DNA of 64,000 bases from Candidatus Hydrogenedentota bacterium (GCA_903837785.1 CAILVY010000285.1:640-64639), one strand, 5' to 3'. Positions 29,639-40,741 are shown, numbered from the stretch's first letter. Program-made: numbers and translations. The notes: a model not told the origin generated them from the letters alone.

Positions 29639-30325
29639 ATGATTGTCGGCATCCATCAACCGCATTACCTCCCCTGGCTGCGGTACTTCGAGAAGATCGC
29701 CCGCTCAGATGTCTTCATCGTGCTCGACAACATCCAGTACAACAAGAACGGCTGGCAGAACCGGAACAGGATTAAGACGGCCGGGGGCGCCGCATTGCTC
29801 AGCGTGCCTGTGTTCGAACGCTTTCAGCAGCCATTGCCCGAAGTGCGCATCGACAACACCTCCCCCTGGCGGCGAAAACACTGGCTGAGCATCCAGCAGG
29901 CCTGCGCGAAAGCGCCGTTCTACGGCGAGTACAAGGAATTTCTCGAAGACACGTACGCGCGCCCCTGGGAATACCTCAATGATTTGAACCGGCACATGAT
30001 GACGTTCTTCGTCGAGGCGCTGGGCATCCGTTCGCGCATCGAGTACGCCTCGGAACTGGACGTCCCCGGCGAAGCGACGGAACGGCTCGTGAACCTGATC
30101 CGGGCCGTGGGCGGAGACACGTACTACAGCGGCGCGTACGCCCTCGACGCCTATCTCGATGCCGCGCTGCTCGAACGCGCGGGGATCGGGCTGAAACTGC
30201 AGGAGTGGCGCCCGCCCGTGTATCCCCAGTTGCACGGCCCGTTCATTCCCGATCTCAGTGTGATCGATTTGCTCATGAACTGCGGCCCGCGCTCCCTCGC
30301 GGTCCTGCTCGGGGAAACCGCATGA
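29639..30325 (+). CDS. WbqC family protein
   Basis: IHQPHYLPW, WQNRNRIK, YPQLHGPFIPDLSVIDLLMNCG. Confidence 0.92.
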   Translation: MIVGIHQPHYLPWLRYFEKIARSDVFIVLDNIQYNKNGWQNRNRIKTAGGAALLSVPVFERFQQPLPEVRIDNTSPWRRKHWLSIQQACAKAPFYGEYKEFLEDTYARPWEYLNDLNRHMMTFFVEALGIRSRIEYASELDVPGEATERLVNLIRAVGGDTYYSGAYALDAYLDAALLERAGIGLKLQEWRPPVYPQLHGPFIPDLSVIDLLMNCGPRSLAVLLGETA

Positions 30326-31335
30326 TTCCACACAGCAAGCCGTGTCTGGGCGAGGAAGAAATTGCGGCGATGGCGCGCGTGGTGCATTCCGGCCGCATCG
30401 CGCTGGGTGCGGAAGTCGCCGCGTTTGAGGCGGAATGCGCGGCCTTCGCCGGACGCCGCCATGCCGTGGCCGTGAACAGCGGAACCGCCGCGCTCCATCT
30501 CGCCCTCCTCGTGCTGGGCGTTCAGGAAGGCGACGCCGTGGCCCTCCCCTCGTACGCCTGCGCCGCGCTACCCCAGGCCGTTGCCTGGCAGCAGGCAACG
30601 CCGCTCCTCTGCGACATCGGCCCCGACTACAACCTTGACCCGGACCAAGTCCCGGACTACGTCCGGGCGGTCATCGTTCCGCACCTCTTCGGGGCGCCGG
30701 CCCGCCTGCCGAAACAGGAAAACGTTATCGAGGACCTGGCCCAGTCCTTCGGCGGGAGCACCGGGCGGGCCTCGAAGCTCGCGATGACATCGTTCTATGC
30801 CACGAAACTGCTCACGACCGGGGAAGGCGGCCTGCTCTTATGCGATGACGCCGCACTGGCCGAGGAAGCCAGGGACCGCCGCGACTACGATAACCGGGAC
30901 GATTTCCGGCCCCGCTACGCCTATAAGATGACGGACTTCCAGGCAGCCATGGGGCGGGTGCAACTCAAGCGCCTGCCTGAGTTTATACGCCGCCGCCGCG
31001 AAATCGCCCAGGTGTACGTGGAGGCGTTCCAGGCCCTGCCCCTGCGCCTGCCGCAGCACGAGAACCATGTCTTCTACCGCTACGTCGTGGCCACAGCCCG
31101 GCGAGACGCCCTGGAAGCCTACCTGCAGGACCACGGCGTCGACGCCAAACGTCCGGTGTACCGTCCCCTGCACCAGTTGCTGGGCGGCGAGTGCCCCCGC
31201 GCCGAGATTGCGCATCACGAATGCCTCTCAATCCCAATATACCCCGCACTGACTTCCCAAGAAATCAGAAATGTGGTAGACTGGGTCGTCAAGTTTCATG
31301 AAGTGTCTTCCGATAAACCGTCCAAGTGTGTCTGA
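30322..31335 (+). CDS. DegT/DnrJ/EryC1/StrS PLP-dependent sugar aminotransferase
   Basis: NSGTAALHLAL, IEDLAQS, SFYATKLLTTGEGG, LSIPIYP; ATGA overlap with the WbqC gene. Confidence 0.92.
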   Translation: MIPHSKPCLGEEEIAAMARVVHSGRIALGAEVAAFEAECAAFAGRRHAVAVNSGTAALHLALLVLGVQEGDAVALPSYACAALPQAVAWQQATPLLCDIGPDYNLDPDQVPDYVRAVIVPHLFGAPARLPKQENVIEDLAQSFGGSTGRASKLAMTSFYATKLLTTGEGGLLLCDDAALAEEARDRRDYDNRDDFRPRYAYKMTDFQAAMGRVQLKRLPEFIRRRREIAQVYVEAFQALPLRLPQHENHVFYRYVVATARRDALEAYLQDHGVDAKRPVYRPLHQLLGGECPRAEIAHHECLSIPIYPALTSQEIRNVVDWVVKFHEVSSDKPSKCV

Positions 31336-31356
31336 TTGACCGGAGTGTGGACTCGG

Positions 31357-32571
31357 ATGCCGTTTTTTTCGCCCCCCTATTATTGGCCACGCACGTATAT
31401 CTTCGTGGGCTGCATGGCGTTTGTCATATCGGCCCTGGCGATGCCCGTGGCGATTCTGGCCCTGCGCAAGCTGGGCATCATGGACGAGGTCGCTCCGAAC
31501 AAGATCCACCGGAAGCCGGTGCCGCGCGGCGGAGGCGTGGTCATCTTCCTGGCGTTCGCCGCGGCCACGCTGTTGCCCGGCTACCGCAGCCATGCCATGA
31601 ACGGCGTCATCATCGGGGCGTTCATCTGCCTCGTGGTCGGCATGATCGACGATTGGGTGGGCGGCATCCCCGGTTTCTACAAGCTCATCACGCTGTTCCT
31701 GGTGACGCTCATCCTCTGGTACTTCGGCGTCCGCATCAACGTCTTCAAGAATGACTTTCTCGATATTGCGCTCACGATGTTGTGGATTGTGGGCGTAACC
31801 AGCGCGTTCAACGGCACGGACAACATGGATGGGCTGGCCTCGGGCATCGCGGTGATCGTGTCGCTCATGTTCTTCGCCATCGCTTTGCAGGCGCATCTTC
31901 ACGCCCGCACGGAAACGAGCCTGTCCTGGTTCGGCATGCTTTCCATCGGCCTCGTGGGCGCGAATCTGGGATTCCTCGTCTACAACTTCCATCCCGCGCG
32001 CATCTTCATGGGCGATTCGGGCAGTTTCTCGCTCGGGTTCACGCTGGCGGCGCTCGGCGTCATGGGCGAATGGACGGAGCACCGGATCATCTCGTGCACG
32101 ATCCCCGTGCTGATCCTCGGCGTGCCCATCTTCGATTTCGCGTACATCATCATCGCCCGCATCGTCCGGGGCGAGACCCGCACCCTGCGCGACATCATCG
32201 ATCACTGCGCGCCCGATCATCTCTCGCACCGGCTCGTGTGGTTCGGCTTCTCGCAGAAGCAGGCCGTGCTCTTCATCTACCTCATTTCCGTGGCGCTCGG
32301 CGTCTCGGGCATCCTGCTCCGGAACAGCAGCAGCCTCTTCGACGGCCAGCTCGCCCTGCTGCAGGGCGTGGCAGTCGTGGCGATCGTGATCATCCTCATG
32401 GCCACCGCCACCCGGCGGCATCGCGAGCACATGAAAGAGCACATCGCCCAGTTCCACCCGGAAATCGCGGTCAAGGAAGCCCCGGTCGCCGCACATGCCG
32501 CCGCGCCGCCCGCCCCCACGCTCCTCGAACGCGTGCTCCAGGCGCCGCTGCTCCGCCGTCGCCAGGACTAG
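31357..32571 (+). CDS. wecA: Undecaprenyl-phosphate N-acetylhexosamine-1-phosphate transferase (WecA/TagO, MraY family)
   Basis: KIHRKPVPRGGG, GMIDD, AFNGTDNMDGLA, NFHPARIFMGDSGS, DHLSHRL. Confidence 0.85.
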   Translation: MPFFSPPYYWPRTYIFVGCMAFVISALAMPVAILALRKLGIMDEVAPNKIHRKPVPRGGGVVIFLAFAAATLLPGYRSHAMNGVIIGAFICLVVGMIDDWVGGIPGFYKLITLFLVTLILWYFGVRINVFKNDFLDIALTMLWIVGVTSAFNGTDNMDGLASGIAVIVSLMFFAIALQAHLHARTETSLSWFGMLSIGLVGANLGFLVYNFHPARIFMGDSGSFSLGFTLAALGVMGEWTEHRIISCTIPVLILGVPIFDFAYIIIARIVRGETRTLRDIIDHCAPDHLSHRLVWFGFSQKQAVLFIYLISVALGVSGILLRNSSSLFDGQLALLQGVAVVAIVIILMATATRRHREHMKEHIAQFHPEIAVKEAPVAAHAAAPPAPTLLERVLQAPLLRRRQD

Positions 32572-32604
32572 GCCCCGGGCGTGTCCCGGGAGCGTTCTCC
32601 AGGC

Positions 32605-33429
32605 TCACACGTGGCGGAGGTAGGCGTTCTTGATGCGGCGGACGAGCAGGGCCTGATCCTGGGACCAGAGTTCGTCGGAGAAGATCTCGACTTCGATGGG
32701 GCCGCGAAAGCCCGCACGCTCGACCCAGGCCCGGATCTTTCGAATCTCGATGCAGCCCTCGCCCATGAGTCCGCGGTCGTTGAGGAAGTCCCGGGTGGGC
32801 GTGCGCCAATCGCAGACGTGGAAGGAGAAGATGCTCTCGCCCGCGCGGCGGATTTCGCCTTCGAGATTGGCGTCCCACCACACGTGATAGACGTCCACCG
32901 TGACGCCGACCATCTTGCTGCCAAGCGCGACAACCATGTTGTTGGCCTGTTCGAGCGTGTTCACGGCGGATCGCGTGTCGGCGTACATGGGATGCAGCGG
33001 TTCGATGGCGAGTTTCACGCCCGCGGCCTGGGCGTGCGGCAGCACCGCGGCGATGCCGTCGATGATCTGCTGCCGCGCCTCGGGCAGCGGAATGCCCGGC
33101 GCGGCGCCGCACACGAGCACGATGAGCGGCGCGCCGATTTCCGCGGCCTCGTCGATGGCGCGCCGGTTGTCGTTGCGGGCCGCTTCCCGGGCCGTGCCGC
33201 TCGTGGCGGGGAAGAAGCCGCCGCGGCACAGGCTCACCACCTGGAGTCCGGAATCGCGGAGCATCTTCCCGGCTTCCTTGGGGCCAAAGGGTTCCAGATG
33301 CTGCCGCCACACAGTGATTGCGGGCACGCCCTCCTGCACATAGCCGTCGATCGCTTCACGCAGCGTCCAGGGCTTCGTGGTCATTGTGTGGATGCACAAC
33401 CGGGAGCAATTCTCGAGCTTCTCTGCCAT
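32605..33429 (-). CDS. Sugar phosphate isomerase/epimerase (xylose isomerase-like TIM barrel)
   Basis: LAIEPLHP, VDVYHVWWD, FHVCDW, DRGLMGEG, EVEIFS. Confidence 0.88.
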   Translation of the reverse strand: MAEKLENCSRLCIHTMTTKPWTLREAIDGYVQEGVPAITVWRQHLEPFGPKEAGKMLRDSGLQVVSLCRGGFFPATSGTAREAARNDNRRAIDEAAEIGAPLIVLVCGAAPGIPLPEARQQIIDGIAAVLPHAQAAGVKLAIEPLHPMYADTRSAVNTLEQANNMVVALGSKMVGVTVDVYHVWWDANLEGEIRRAGESIFSFHVCDWRTPTRDFLNDRGLMGEGCIEIRKIRAWVERAGFRGPIEVEIFSDELWSQDQALLVRRIKNAYLRHV

Positions 33430-33512
33430 GTGCTGTCACCTCGCCGTCGTGGGTGTTGAAGACTCGCCCAATACGTTAGAATAGTGATTCGGAAACGAGG
33501 GAAACAAGGGGA

Positions 33513-35354
33513 ATGCATCCCCGGGAGTCCGGAACGGCAATGCGGTCGCGTGTGGGTTATGGGTTGTTGTTGGCAGCGTCCTTTCTTGTGCCGCTGGCGG
33601 TTTATGTCTATAGCGGTGCGCCGGCCGTGGGCATCAACGACGCGGGCGAACTGACCGCGGCGGCCGCCACCCTGGGCATTCCGCATCCCTCCGGCTATCC
33701 GCTCTTCGTGCTGCTGGGACATGCCTGGTGCCGGCTTCCCCTGGGCGTGCCGCCCGCGCATGCCATGAACCTCTTCGCCGCAGTTTGCGCGGCCCTTGCC
33801 ATGGCGCTCTTCTTCGATGCCGCGCGTTTTCTGCTGCAGCGCCTCTTTGGCGACGTGCCGCGCCTCGCGCTGGCGGCCTTCGCGGCCACGCTGCTCTTTG
33901 CACTGTCCCGGGGCGTCTGGGAACAGGGCGTCGGCGTTGAAGTGTATCCCCTGCACCTCGCGCTGCTGATGCTCTCGCTCCGGCTCTTCCTTGCGGCGGT
34001 CTACGCGGAAGCGCCAAGCACGCGGCGCTTTGTGCTGTGGGCGTTCTGCCTGGGGCTCGCCTTCTGCAATCACATCACCACGTTCATGCTCGCGCCGGGC
34101 ATGCTGTACTTGTACTTCGCGCGCATGGGCTTCCGGGGGAGAAGCTGGCGCACGCTGGCCGCCATGATGCCCGCCTTTCTTGCGCCGCTGCTGCTCTACG
34201 GATTCCTGCCGTTGCGGAGCGCCGGCCTCTTTCCCTTTTCGGGCCGGCCGGACTTCGATTGGGGCGGCACCGGCCAGAGCCTCTACTGGTTCTTTTATCA
34301 CGTCACGGGCCGTCAGTACCGTACGGCCATGTTCAACATCGTGTTCTGGCCGCAGATGAAGTCCTTTCTCTTCGTGTTTCTCCAACAGTTCGCGCTCTTC
34401 GGCCTCATTCCGTTCGTTGCGGGCCTGGTGGCCCTGCCCAGGCGGAACCGGCAGCTTGCCCTGTTCCTGGCGCTGCTCGTGGCGGGTTGCCTCGCCTATG
34501 CCTTCACCTACACGATTCCCGACATCACGAATTACTTCCTGCTCGCGTTCATTGCGCTCTTCCTCTTCACGGCCGCGGGCATGATGGCGCTGATGCGCTG
34601 GAAACGAGGATTGGCGGCGCTCCTCTTCCTCATCCCGCTGCTGGCCTATCCGCTCAACTATCCCCTGTGCACCGCGCGCGGGGACTACCGCGTGAACGAT
34701 TACGTCCGCTGCATCGGGGATCATCTCGAACCCAACGCGATCCTCATCACGGGACAGTGGGAACAGGTGACCTCGCCGTTCTGGTACCTGCAGCGGGTCG
34801 AACAGTACCGGCCGGACGTGATGTTCGTGGAATGGCACCTGCTCCGGCGCGCGTGGTACCTCGAAGAACTTCAGCGGTGGTATCCCGAGCCCATGGCGAA
34901 AGTCGCGAAGGAGGCGGAAGAATTGATGGCCCTCATCCGCCGTTATGATCAGACCGACACGTGGGACCGCGACGGCATCCGCGCGGAAGCGAACTTCGTC
35001 ACCGCGCTGCTCCGGGCAAATCTCGACACGCGGCCCGCCTACATGACGATCGATGTGCCCCGCGACCTGAAGGAAGTGGCCCCGGGTATGACCAGCCTGC
35101 CCGAGGGCCTTGCGCTGCGCTTCTATCCCGGACCGGTGACACCGCCGCCGCTCAAGACGGATCTCGATCTCGGCCGCTTCCTGGCGTTTCGCCGGCACAG
35201 GGACTCCAACGACCACTGGGAAATGCTGCGGGATATCAAGACCCTGCTCGAACAGTCCCTCGAACATGCGAACAAGACCGGCCAGACGGACGCGCTTCCG
35301 CCGCTCCAATCGCTGTTGAATCGCGTCGAGGAAGTGACGAAGCTGCCGGAATAG
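33513..35354 (+). CDS. DUF2723/TMEM260-like GT-C membrane glycosyltransferase
   Basis: DAGELTAAAATLGIPHPSGYPLF, EVYPLH, GLAFCNH, multiple TM segments, YLQRVEQYRPDV; start may be 33540. Confidence 0.85.
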   Translation: MHPRESGTAMRSRVGYGLLLAASFLVPLAVYVYSGAPAVGINDAGELTAAAATLGIPHPSGYPLFVLLGHAWCRLPLGVPPAHAMNLFAAVCAALAMALFFDAARFLLQRLFGDVPRLALAAFAATLLFALSRGVWEQGVGVEVYPLHLALLMLSLRLFLAAVYAEAPSTRRFVLWAFCLGLAFCNHITTFMLAPGMLYLYFARMGFRGRSWRTLAAMMPAFLAPLLLYGFLPLRSAGLFPFSGRPDFDWGGTGQSLYWFFYHVTGRQYRTAMFNIVFWPQMKSFLFVFLQQFALFGLIPFVAGLVALPRRNRQLALFLALLVAGCLAYAFTYTIPDITNYFLLAFIALFLFTAAGMMALMRWKRGLAALLFLIPLLAYPLNYPLCTARGDYRVNDYVRCIGDHLEPNAILITGQWEQVTSPFWYLQRVEQYRPDVMFVEWHLLRRAWYLEELQRWYPEPMAKVAKEAEELMALIRRYDQTDTWDRDGIRAEANFVTALLRANLDTRPAYMTIDVPRDLKEVAPGMTSLPEGLALRFYPGPVTPPPLKTDLDLGRFLAFRRHRDSNDHWEMLRDIKTLLEQSLEHANKTGQTDALPPLQSLLNRVEEVTKLPE

Positions 35355-35441
35355 GCGCCGGGACTTCCTCCCATTTCTTGCACATGTTCGCCTGCGGGGG
35401 TGGGTTGTGCGGCGAATCCGGCAGACAGTTGCCGCGTCCCT

Positions 35442-35470
35442 TTGCATCGTCACCGGCCCTCGGATATGAT
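35442..35470 (+). promoter_or_regulatory. Sigma70-type promoter of pilT
   Basis: TTGCAT-N17-TATGAT upstream of ATG 35496. Confidence 0.5.
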
Positions 35471-35495
35471 GGTTTCCACAGGAGCGGAGCAAGGC

Positions 35496-36548
35496 ATGAA
35501 CATCCAGGAACTTTTTGAACTCGTCGCGAAGGAGAAGGCGTCGGACTTGCTGATCAGCGCCGGTGCTCCCCCGATTCTGCGCATTAACGGGCAGTTGTTC
35601 CGCACGCGGACCGAGGGGCTCACGCCGGAACAGACGAAGGAGCTCATCTACGATTTCCTGAGCGAAGATCAGCGGAGGGCCTTCGAGGAGAACCGCGAAC
35701 TCGATTTCTCGCTCGCGGTCGGACGGCGGCACCGCTTCCGGGTGAATGTCTATCTGCAGAAACAGGCCGTGACCGCCGCGCTCCGGCCCATTCCCGAGAA
35801 GATCCCGACACTGAGCGATCTGGGCCTGCCTTCGAGCGTGAACGAGTTGGCGAAAGCGCGGCAGGGCCTGATCCTCGTCACAGGGCCGACCGGAAGCGGC
35901 AAGACAACGACCCAGGCCGCGTTCATCGACATGATCAACAACGAGCGTGCGTGCCACATCATCACGATCGAGGATCCGATCGAGTATGTGCACCTGCACA
36001 AGCGCAGCATCGTGGATCAGCGGGAAGTGGGCGAAGACACGAACAGTTTCCCGCGCGCGCTGAAATACGTCTTGCGGCAGGATCCGGACGTGATCCTCAT
36101 CGGCGAGATGCGGGACCTGGAGACGATCAGCGCGGCGCTGACGGCGGCGGAGACCGGCCATCTCGTGCTGGCCACGCTGCACACGAACGACGCGATTCAG
36201 ACCGTGGACCGGATCATCGACGTGTTCCCGGCCGAACAACAGCAGCAGATCCGGTTTCAGTTGTCGATGTGCCTGCTGGCCATCCTGTCGCAGCGGCTGC
36301 TCGCGCGGGCGGACAAGCCGGGCCGGATCCTCGCGTGCGAGATCCTGCGCAACAACACCGCCATCGCCAATCTCATCCGGGACGGAAAGACGCATCAGGT
36401 CTACAGCGTGGTCGAGACGGGCGCGAAGGAAGGCATGATGACGATGGATCGCGCAGTGAAGAAGCTGTACAACGGCGGTAAGATCTCGTATGAGGACGCC
36501 ATCGCCACGATGCGCAATCCGAAGGAAATCCGCGAACCGGATCAGTGA
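35496..36548 (+). CDS. pilT: Type IV pilus retraction ATPase, PilT/PilU family
   Basis: GPTGSGKTT, TIEDPIE, LRQDPDVILIGEMRD, TGHLVLATLHT, AIANLIRDGK. Confidence 0.93.
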   Translation: MNIQELFELVAKEKASDLLISAGAPPILRINGQLFRTRTEGLTPEQTKELIYDFLSEDQRRAFEENRELDFSLAVGRRHRFRVNVYLQKQAVTAALRPIPEKIPTLSDLGLPSSVNELAKARQGLILVTGPTGSGKTTTQAAFIDMINNERACHIITIEDPIEYVHLHKRSIVDQREVGEDTNSFPRALKYVLRQDPDVILIGEMRDLETISAALTAAETGHLVLATLHTNDAIQTVDRIIDVFPAEQQQQIRFQLSMCLLAILSQRLLARADKPGRILACEILRNNTAIANLIRDGKTHQVYSVVETGAKEGMMTMDRAVKKLYNGGKISYEDAIATMRNPKEIREPDQ

Positions 36549-36624
36549 CGCGGACCGGGCGGGGCGCCGCGCCCCCCTGCGGGAACCAATGGATGCGCCT
36601 TTCGGGCGCGAGGAGGGTTGAGCC

Positions 36625-37605
36625 ATGTCGAAAGTCATCGTGAAGGGCGATCCCTTGCCCAACATGCCGTGGGAAAACCGGCCGCGCGGCTCCAAGAGCG
36701 TCGTGTGGCGCTATTCGCGCAATCCCGTGATCCCGCGGGACATCATCCCCTGCTCGAACAGCGTCTTCAACAGCGCGGTCGTGCCGTTCAAGGGCGCGTT
36801 TGCGGGCGTGTTCCGCTGCGACGATCAGCGGCGCTGCATGCGCCTGCACGCGGGCCGCAGCAAGGACGGCCTTCGCTGGCAGATCGACCCGGAGCCCATC
36901 GCGTTTCAATGTGATATTCCCGAGATCGCGGCCTTCGAATACGGCTACGATCCGCGGGTCTGCTGGATCGAGGACCGCTACTACGTGACGTGGTGCAACG
37001 GGTATCACGGGCCGACGATCGGCATCGCGTGGACGACGGACTTCAAAACCTTCCATCAGATGGAAAACGCATATCTCCCCTTCAACCGGAACGGCGTCTT
37101 GTTCCCCCGCAAGATCAACGGCAAGTACGTCATGCTGAACCGGCCGAGCGACAACGGGCATACGCCGTTTGGCGACATCTACTGCAGCGAAAGCCCGGAC
37201 CTGATCCACTGGGGCTGCCACCGCCATGTCATGGGCACGAAGCACCCGTGGGAATCGACGAAGATCGGGGCCGGCCCGATTCCCATCGAGACCTCGGAAG
37301 GCTGGCTGCTCTTTTATCATGGCGTGCTCACGTCGTGTAACGGGTTCGTGTACAGCTTCGGCGCGGCCCTGCTCGATCTCGAGGAGCCCTGGAAGGTGCG
37401 TCATCGCGCCGCGCCGTATCTGCTCTCGCCGCAACGCGACTACGAATGCGTGGGCGACACGCCGAACGTCGCCTTTCCCTGTGCGGCGCTGTGCGACGCG
37501 AAAACGGGCCGCCTCGCGATTTACTACGGCGGCGCGGACACAGTGACCTGCCTTGCGTTTACCCAGGTGGATGAAGTGGTTCAATTCATAAAGGAAAATG
37601 CATGA
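36625..37605 (+). CDS. GH130 beta-mannoside phosphorylase
   Basis: [46 protein letters not shown]. Confidence 0.92.
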   Translation: MSKVIVKGDPLPNMPWENRPRGSKSVVWRYSRNPVIPRDIIPCSNSVFNSAVVPFKGAFAGVFRCDDQRRCMRLHAGRSKDGLRWQIDPEPIAFQCDIPEIAAFEYGYDPRVCWIEDRYYVTWCNGYHGPTIGIAWTTDFKTFHQMENAYLPFNRNGVLFPRKINGKYVMLNRPSDNGHTPFGDIYCSESPDLIHWGCHRHVMGTKHPWESTKIGAGPIPIETSEGWLLFYHGVLTSCNGFVYSFGAALLDLEEPWKVRHRAAPYLLSPQRDYECVGDTPNVAFPCAALCDAKTGRLAIYYGGADTVTCLAFTQVDEVVQFIKENA

Positions 37606-38171
37606 AGATTCTCAGCGTACTGGGGAGTCCCCGCAAGCAAGGCAATACGGCGACCGCGCTGGGATGGGTGGAGGATGAACTGCGGCGCGAAGGGCACCAG
37701 GTGGCCCGCGTCGATCTCTGCGACAGCCGGCTTGGGCCGTGTGTCGAGTGTTTTCACTGCCAGCAGGTGACGGACAAACCCGGCTGTGCGCAGAAGGACG
37801 ACGGCAACGCCCTCTTCGGGCGCATGATCCAGTCCGATGTGATCCTGTTGGCGACGCCGATGTTCTTCTGGGCCTACTCCGCGCAGTTGAAGATCCTGAT
37901 CGACCGCAGCATCTGCCTCTGCAAAGGCATCGACGCGGGTGATCCGCAGTGCCTGATCCAGGGCAAGCGCATCGCGCTGCTGGCCACGGCGGCCGGCCCG
38001 AAGAAGGGGAACATGGACCTGATCGAGAAGACCTTCGGGCGCTATGCCGAGTATCTCCGGATGTACAACGCCGGCACCTGCCTGCTCTCGCGCTGTGTGG
38101 CCCCGGATCAATTTCCGCGCGCCGCACAGAGCGAAGCCCGCACCTTCGCCCAGGGGATCCTCTCCGCATAG
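37602..38171 (+). CDS. Iron-sulfur flavoprotein / flavodoxin family protein
   Basis: [16 protein letters not shown]...C, LATPMF; ATGA overlap. Confidence 0.88.
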   Translation: MKILSVLGSPRKQGNTATALGWVEDELRREGHQVARVDLCDSRLGPCVECFHCQQVTDKPGCAQKDDGNALFGRMIQSDVILLATPMFFWAYSAQLKILIDRSICLCKGIDAGDPQCLIQGKRIALLATAAGPKKGNMDLIEKTFGRYAEYLRMYNAGTCLLSRCVAPDQFPRAAQSEARTFAQGILSA

Positions 38172-38275
38172 CCCGCGGGAAAACGATGTGCCGTCGCCGC
38201 GTTTCAGTGGAAAGCGGAAGCGGCGGCCCGTATACTGGGTGAAAGCTTCATGATCAACCCCGGGAGGAGAGTCCA

Positions 38276-39685
38276 ATGTCCCATCACGATATGGATCGGC
38301 GCGGTTTTCTGGCGAATATGGGCCGGGGCGCGGCTTTGGCGGGCTTCGGCGCCGTGCTCGCGCAGCAGGCGCGGGCGCAGGAGAAACGGGCGGTCGCGAA
38401 GGCCGATCCCCACGCTCCGAAGACGGGCAGGCTGCTAAAGGACGAGGACGTCATCGGCCTGGGCATCATCGGCGTGGGGGGGATGGGCGGCAGCCACCTC
38501 GGCGAATTGCTGGAGATGGAGAAGAAGGGGGTGAAGGCCCAGGTGCGCGCCATCAGCGACGTGTACGAGCGGCGCAAGAAAGGGGCGGTGCAGCGGGTGA
38601 AGGACGCGGCCGGCCGGGACATCGAGGCCTACACGGACTACAAGAAGCTGCTCGAACGGGACGACATCGATGCGGTCATCATCGCGACGCCGGATCACTG
38701 GCATGCCCCCGCGAGCATCGACGCATTGGCGGCGGGCAAAGACGTGTATTGCCAGAAACCCGTGACATTGACGACCGAGGAGTCTCTCGCGGTGCGGGAC
38801 AAGGTCTTCGAGACGGGCCGGGTCTTCCAGTGCGGCGCGCAGCGGAGTTCCGAAGATTTCTTCTGGAAGGCGCGGGACTTCATCAAGAAGGGCGGGATCG
38901 GCAAGGTGCTGTGGGCGCAGGGGGATTACAGCCGGAACAGCAGCGGCGGCCCGAACGACCGGGGGGGCGAATGGAACTGGCATATCGACGACGATGCCTC
39001 GGAGGATCCAAAGGCCGGCGAGGCCTACATCGACTGGCAGCAGTGGCTGGGCCCCGCGCCGAAGCGGCCGTTCTCGAAACCGCGCTTCTTCCAGTTCCGG
39101 AAGTACTGGGATTACTCGGGCGGCATCGCCACGGACCTGTTGTATCACCTGCTGGCGCCGCTGACGATTGCGCTCGACGCGCACGCGCCGGAACGGGCCA
39201 CGGGCAGCGGGGGCATCTACGTGCAGAAGGATGACCGCGAGGTGCCGGATACGTTCATGATGAACCTCGATTATCCGGACGATTTCACGATTGTGATGAC
39301 CTCGTCGATGGCCAATCAACAGGCGCTGCCCCTGGTCATTCGCGGGCATTTCGGGACGATTTACCCGACCGAGGACAAGGGCCTTCGGGCGGTGGCGGAA
39401 CCGCAATTCAAGGAGTGGTTCAAGCAGGAGCACGGCGCGGAGGAAATCACGATTGCCGCCGAAGCGCGCCCGGACCACATGACGAACTGGCTGGAATGCA
39501 TCAAGACCCGGAACCTGCCGACGCTGGACGCCGAGACGGCCTATCGCGCGATGGCGGGGATCAAGATGGGTGTCGAGGCCTACCGGCAGGACAAGGTCAT
39601 TTTCTGGGATGGCGAAAAGGAGCAGTACGTGGAGAGTCATCCGCGTCCCAACCGTGATTCGAAATACCCCGTGGAGAAGGCGTAG
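38276..39685 (+). CDS. Tat-exported Gfo/Idh/MocA oxidoreductase
   Basis: DRRGFL Tat motif, GIIGVGGMG, ATPDHWH, DVYCQKP, FRKYWDYSGG. Confidence 0.9.
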   Translation: MSHHDMDRRGFLANMGRGAALAGFGAVLAQQARAQEKRAVAKADPHAPKTGRLLKDEDVIGLGIIGVGGMGGSHLGELLEMEKKGVKAQVRAISDVYERRKKGAVQRVKDAAGRDIEAYTDYKKLLERDDIDAVIIATPDHWHAPASIDALAAGKDVYCQKPVTLTTEESLAVRDKVFETGRVFQCGAQRSSEDFFWKARDFIKKGGIGKVLWAQGDYSRNSSGGPNDRGGEWNWHIDDDASEDPKAGEAYIDWQQWLGPAPKRPFSKPRFFQFRKYWDYSGGIATDLLYHLLAPLTIALDAHAPERATGSGGIYVQKDDREVPDTFMMNLDYPDDFTIVMTSSMANQQALPLVIRGHFGTIYPTEDKGLRAVAEPQFKEWFKQEHGAEEITIAAEARPDHMTNWLECIKTRNLPTLDAETAYRAMAGIKMGVEAYRQDKVIFWDGEKEQYVESHPRPNRDSKYPVEKA

Positions 39686-39739
39686 TATCGTTTCCCGGCC
39701 GCGGGATCTGAACAGGAAGAACCCTGGGGAGAACATTTC

Positions 39740-40741
39740 ATGCGAAATGCAGTCATTGCTTTGTTGATGGGAGCCTTGTGTCTGGGATGCGGTCCCGCGC
39801 AGCCCCCCTCGCCGCAGGGCGGCGGGCAAGCACAGGAGCAAGCGGCCCCGGCTCCTGCGCCGGCCGGACCGCGTGTGGCGTTTGTAGTGAACAACGCGTC
39901 GGACTTCTGGAAGATTGCGGAGGCGGGCACGAAGAAGGCGGCGGAAGAGCTGGGCGTGGAAGTCCTGTTCCGGATTCCGTCGGCGGGCACGGCCGAGCAG
40001 CAATTGCAGATTGTGCAGGACCTCGTGACGCTGGGCGTCTCCGGGATTGCCATCAGCCCGAAAGACCCGGCCAATCAGACGGACATGCTGAACGATGCGG
40101 CCGCGAAAGTGAACCTGATTACGCAGGACAGTGATGCGCCGAAAAGCAACCGCCTCTGTTACATCGGCACGGACAATGTTGCGGCGGGGCGCGAGGCGGG
40201 CAAGTTGATCAAAGAGGCCGTGCCGGCCGGGGCCAAGATCATGCTGTTCGTGGGCACGCTGGACGCCCAGAACGCGCAAGACCGCAAGAAGGGCATCGAG
40301 CAGGAATTGATGGGCACGGGGATCATCATCGAAGGTGTGCGGACGGACGAGACGGACCGCGCCAAGGCCGTGGCCAACGCGGAAGACACGATCCTCAGCA
40401 AGCCGGATGTGTCGTGCCTGGTCGGGTTGTGGAGCTACAACGGGCCGGCGATCCTGAACGGCGTGAAGAGTTCCGGCAAGCTGGGGCAGGTGAAGATCAT
40501 CTGTTTCGACGAAGAGGACGCGACGCTGCAGGGCGTGAAAGACGGGTATATCTTCGGGACGGTGGTGCAGCAGCCGTATGAATTCGGGTATCAGTCCGTG
40601 AAGATATTGTCGGAACTGGCGAAGGGCAACAAGGCAATGCTGCCCGAAAGCAAGCAGTTGTTCATTCCCACGCTGTCGATCAAGCAGGACAGCGTGGATG
40701 CATTCTGGGCGAAGCTGAAGAGTCAGACGGGGAAAGCATGA
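39740..40741 (+). CDS. Sugar ABC transporter substrate-binding lipoprotein (RbsB-like)
   Basis: Lipobox CLGC, TQDSD, YIGTDN, CFDEE, VVQQPYEFGY. Confidence 0.9.
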   Translation: MRNAVIALLMGALCLGCGPAQPPSPQGGGQAQEQAAPAPAPAGPRVAFVVNNASDFWKIAEAGTKKAAEELGVEVLFRIPSAGTAEQQLQIVQDLVTLGVSGIAISPKDPANQTDMLNDAAAKVNLITQDSDAPKSNRLCYIGTDNVAAGREAGKLIKEAVPAGAKIMLFVGTLDAQNAQDRKKGIEQELMGTGIIIEGVRTDETDRAKAVANAEDTILSKPDVSCLVGLWSYNGPAILNGVKSSGKLGQVKIICFDEEDATLQGVKDGYIFGTVVQQPYEFGYQSVKILSELAKGNKAMLPESKQLFIPTLSIKQDSVDAFWAKLKSQTGKA

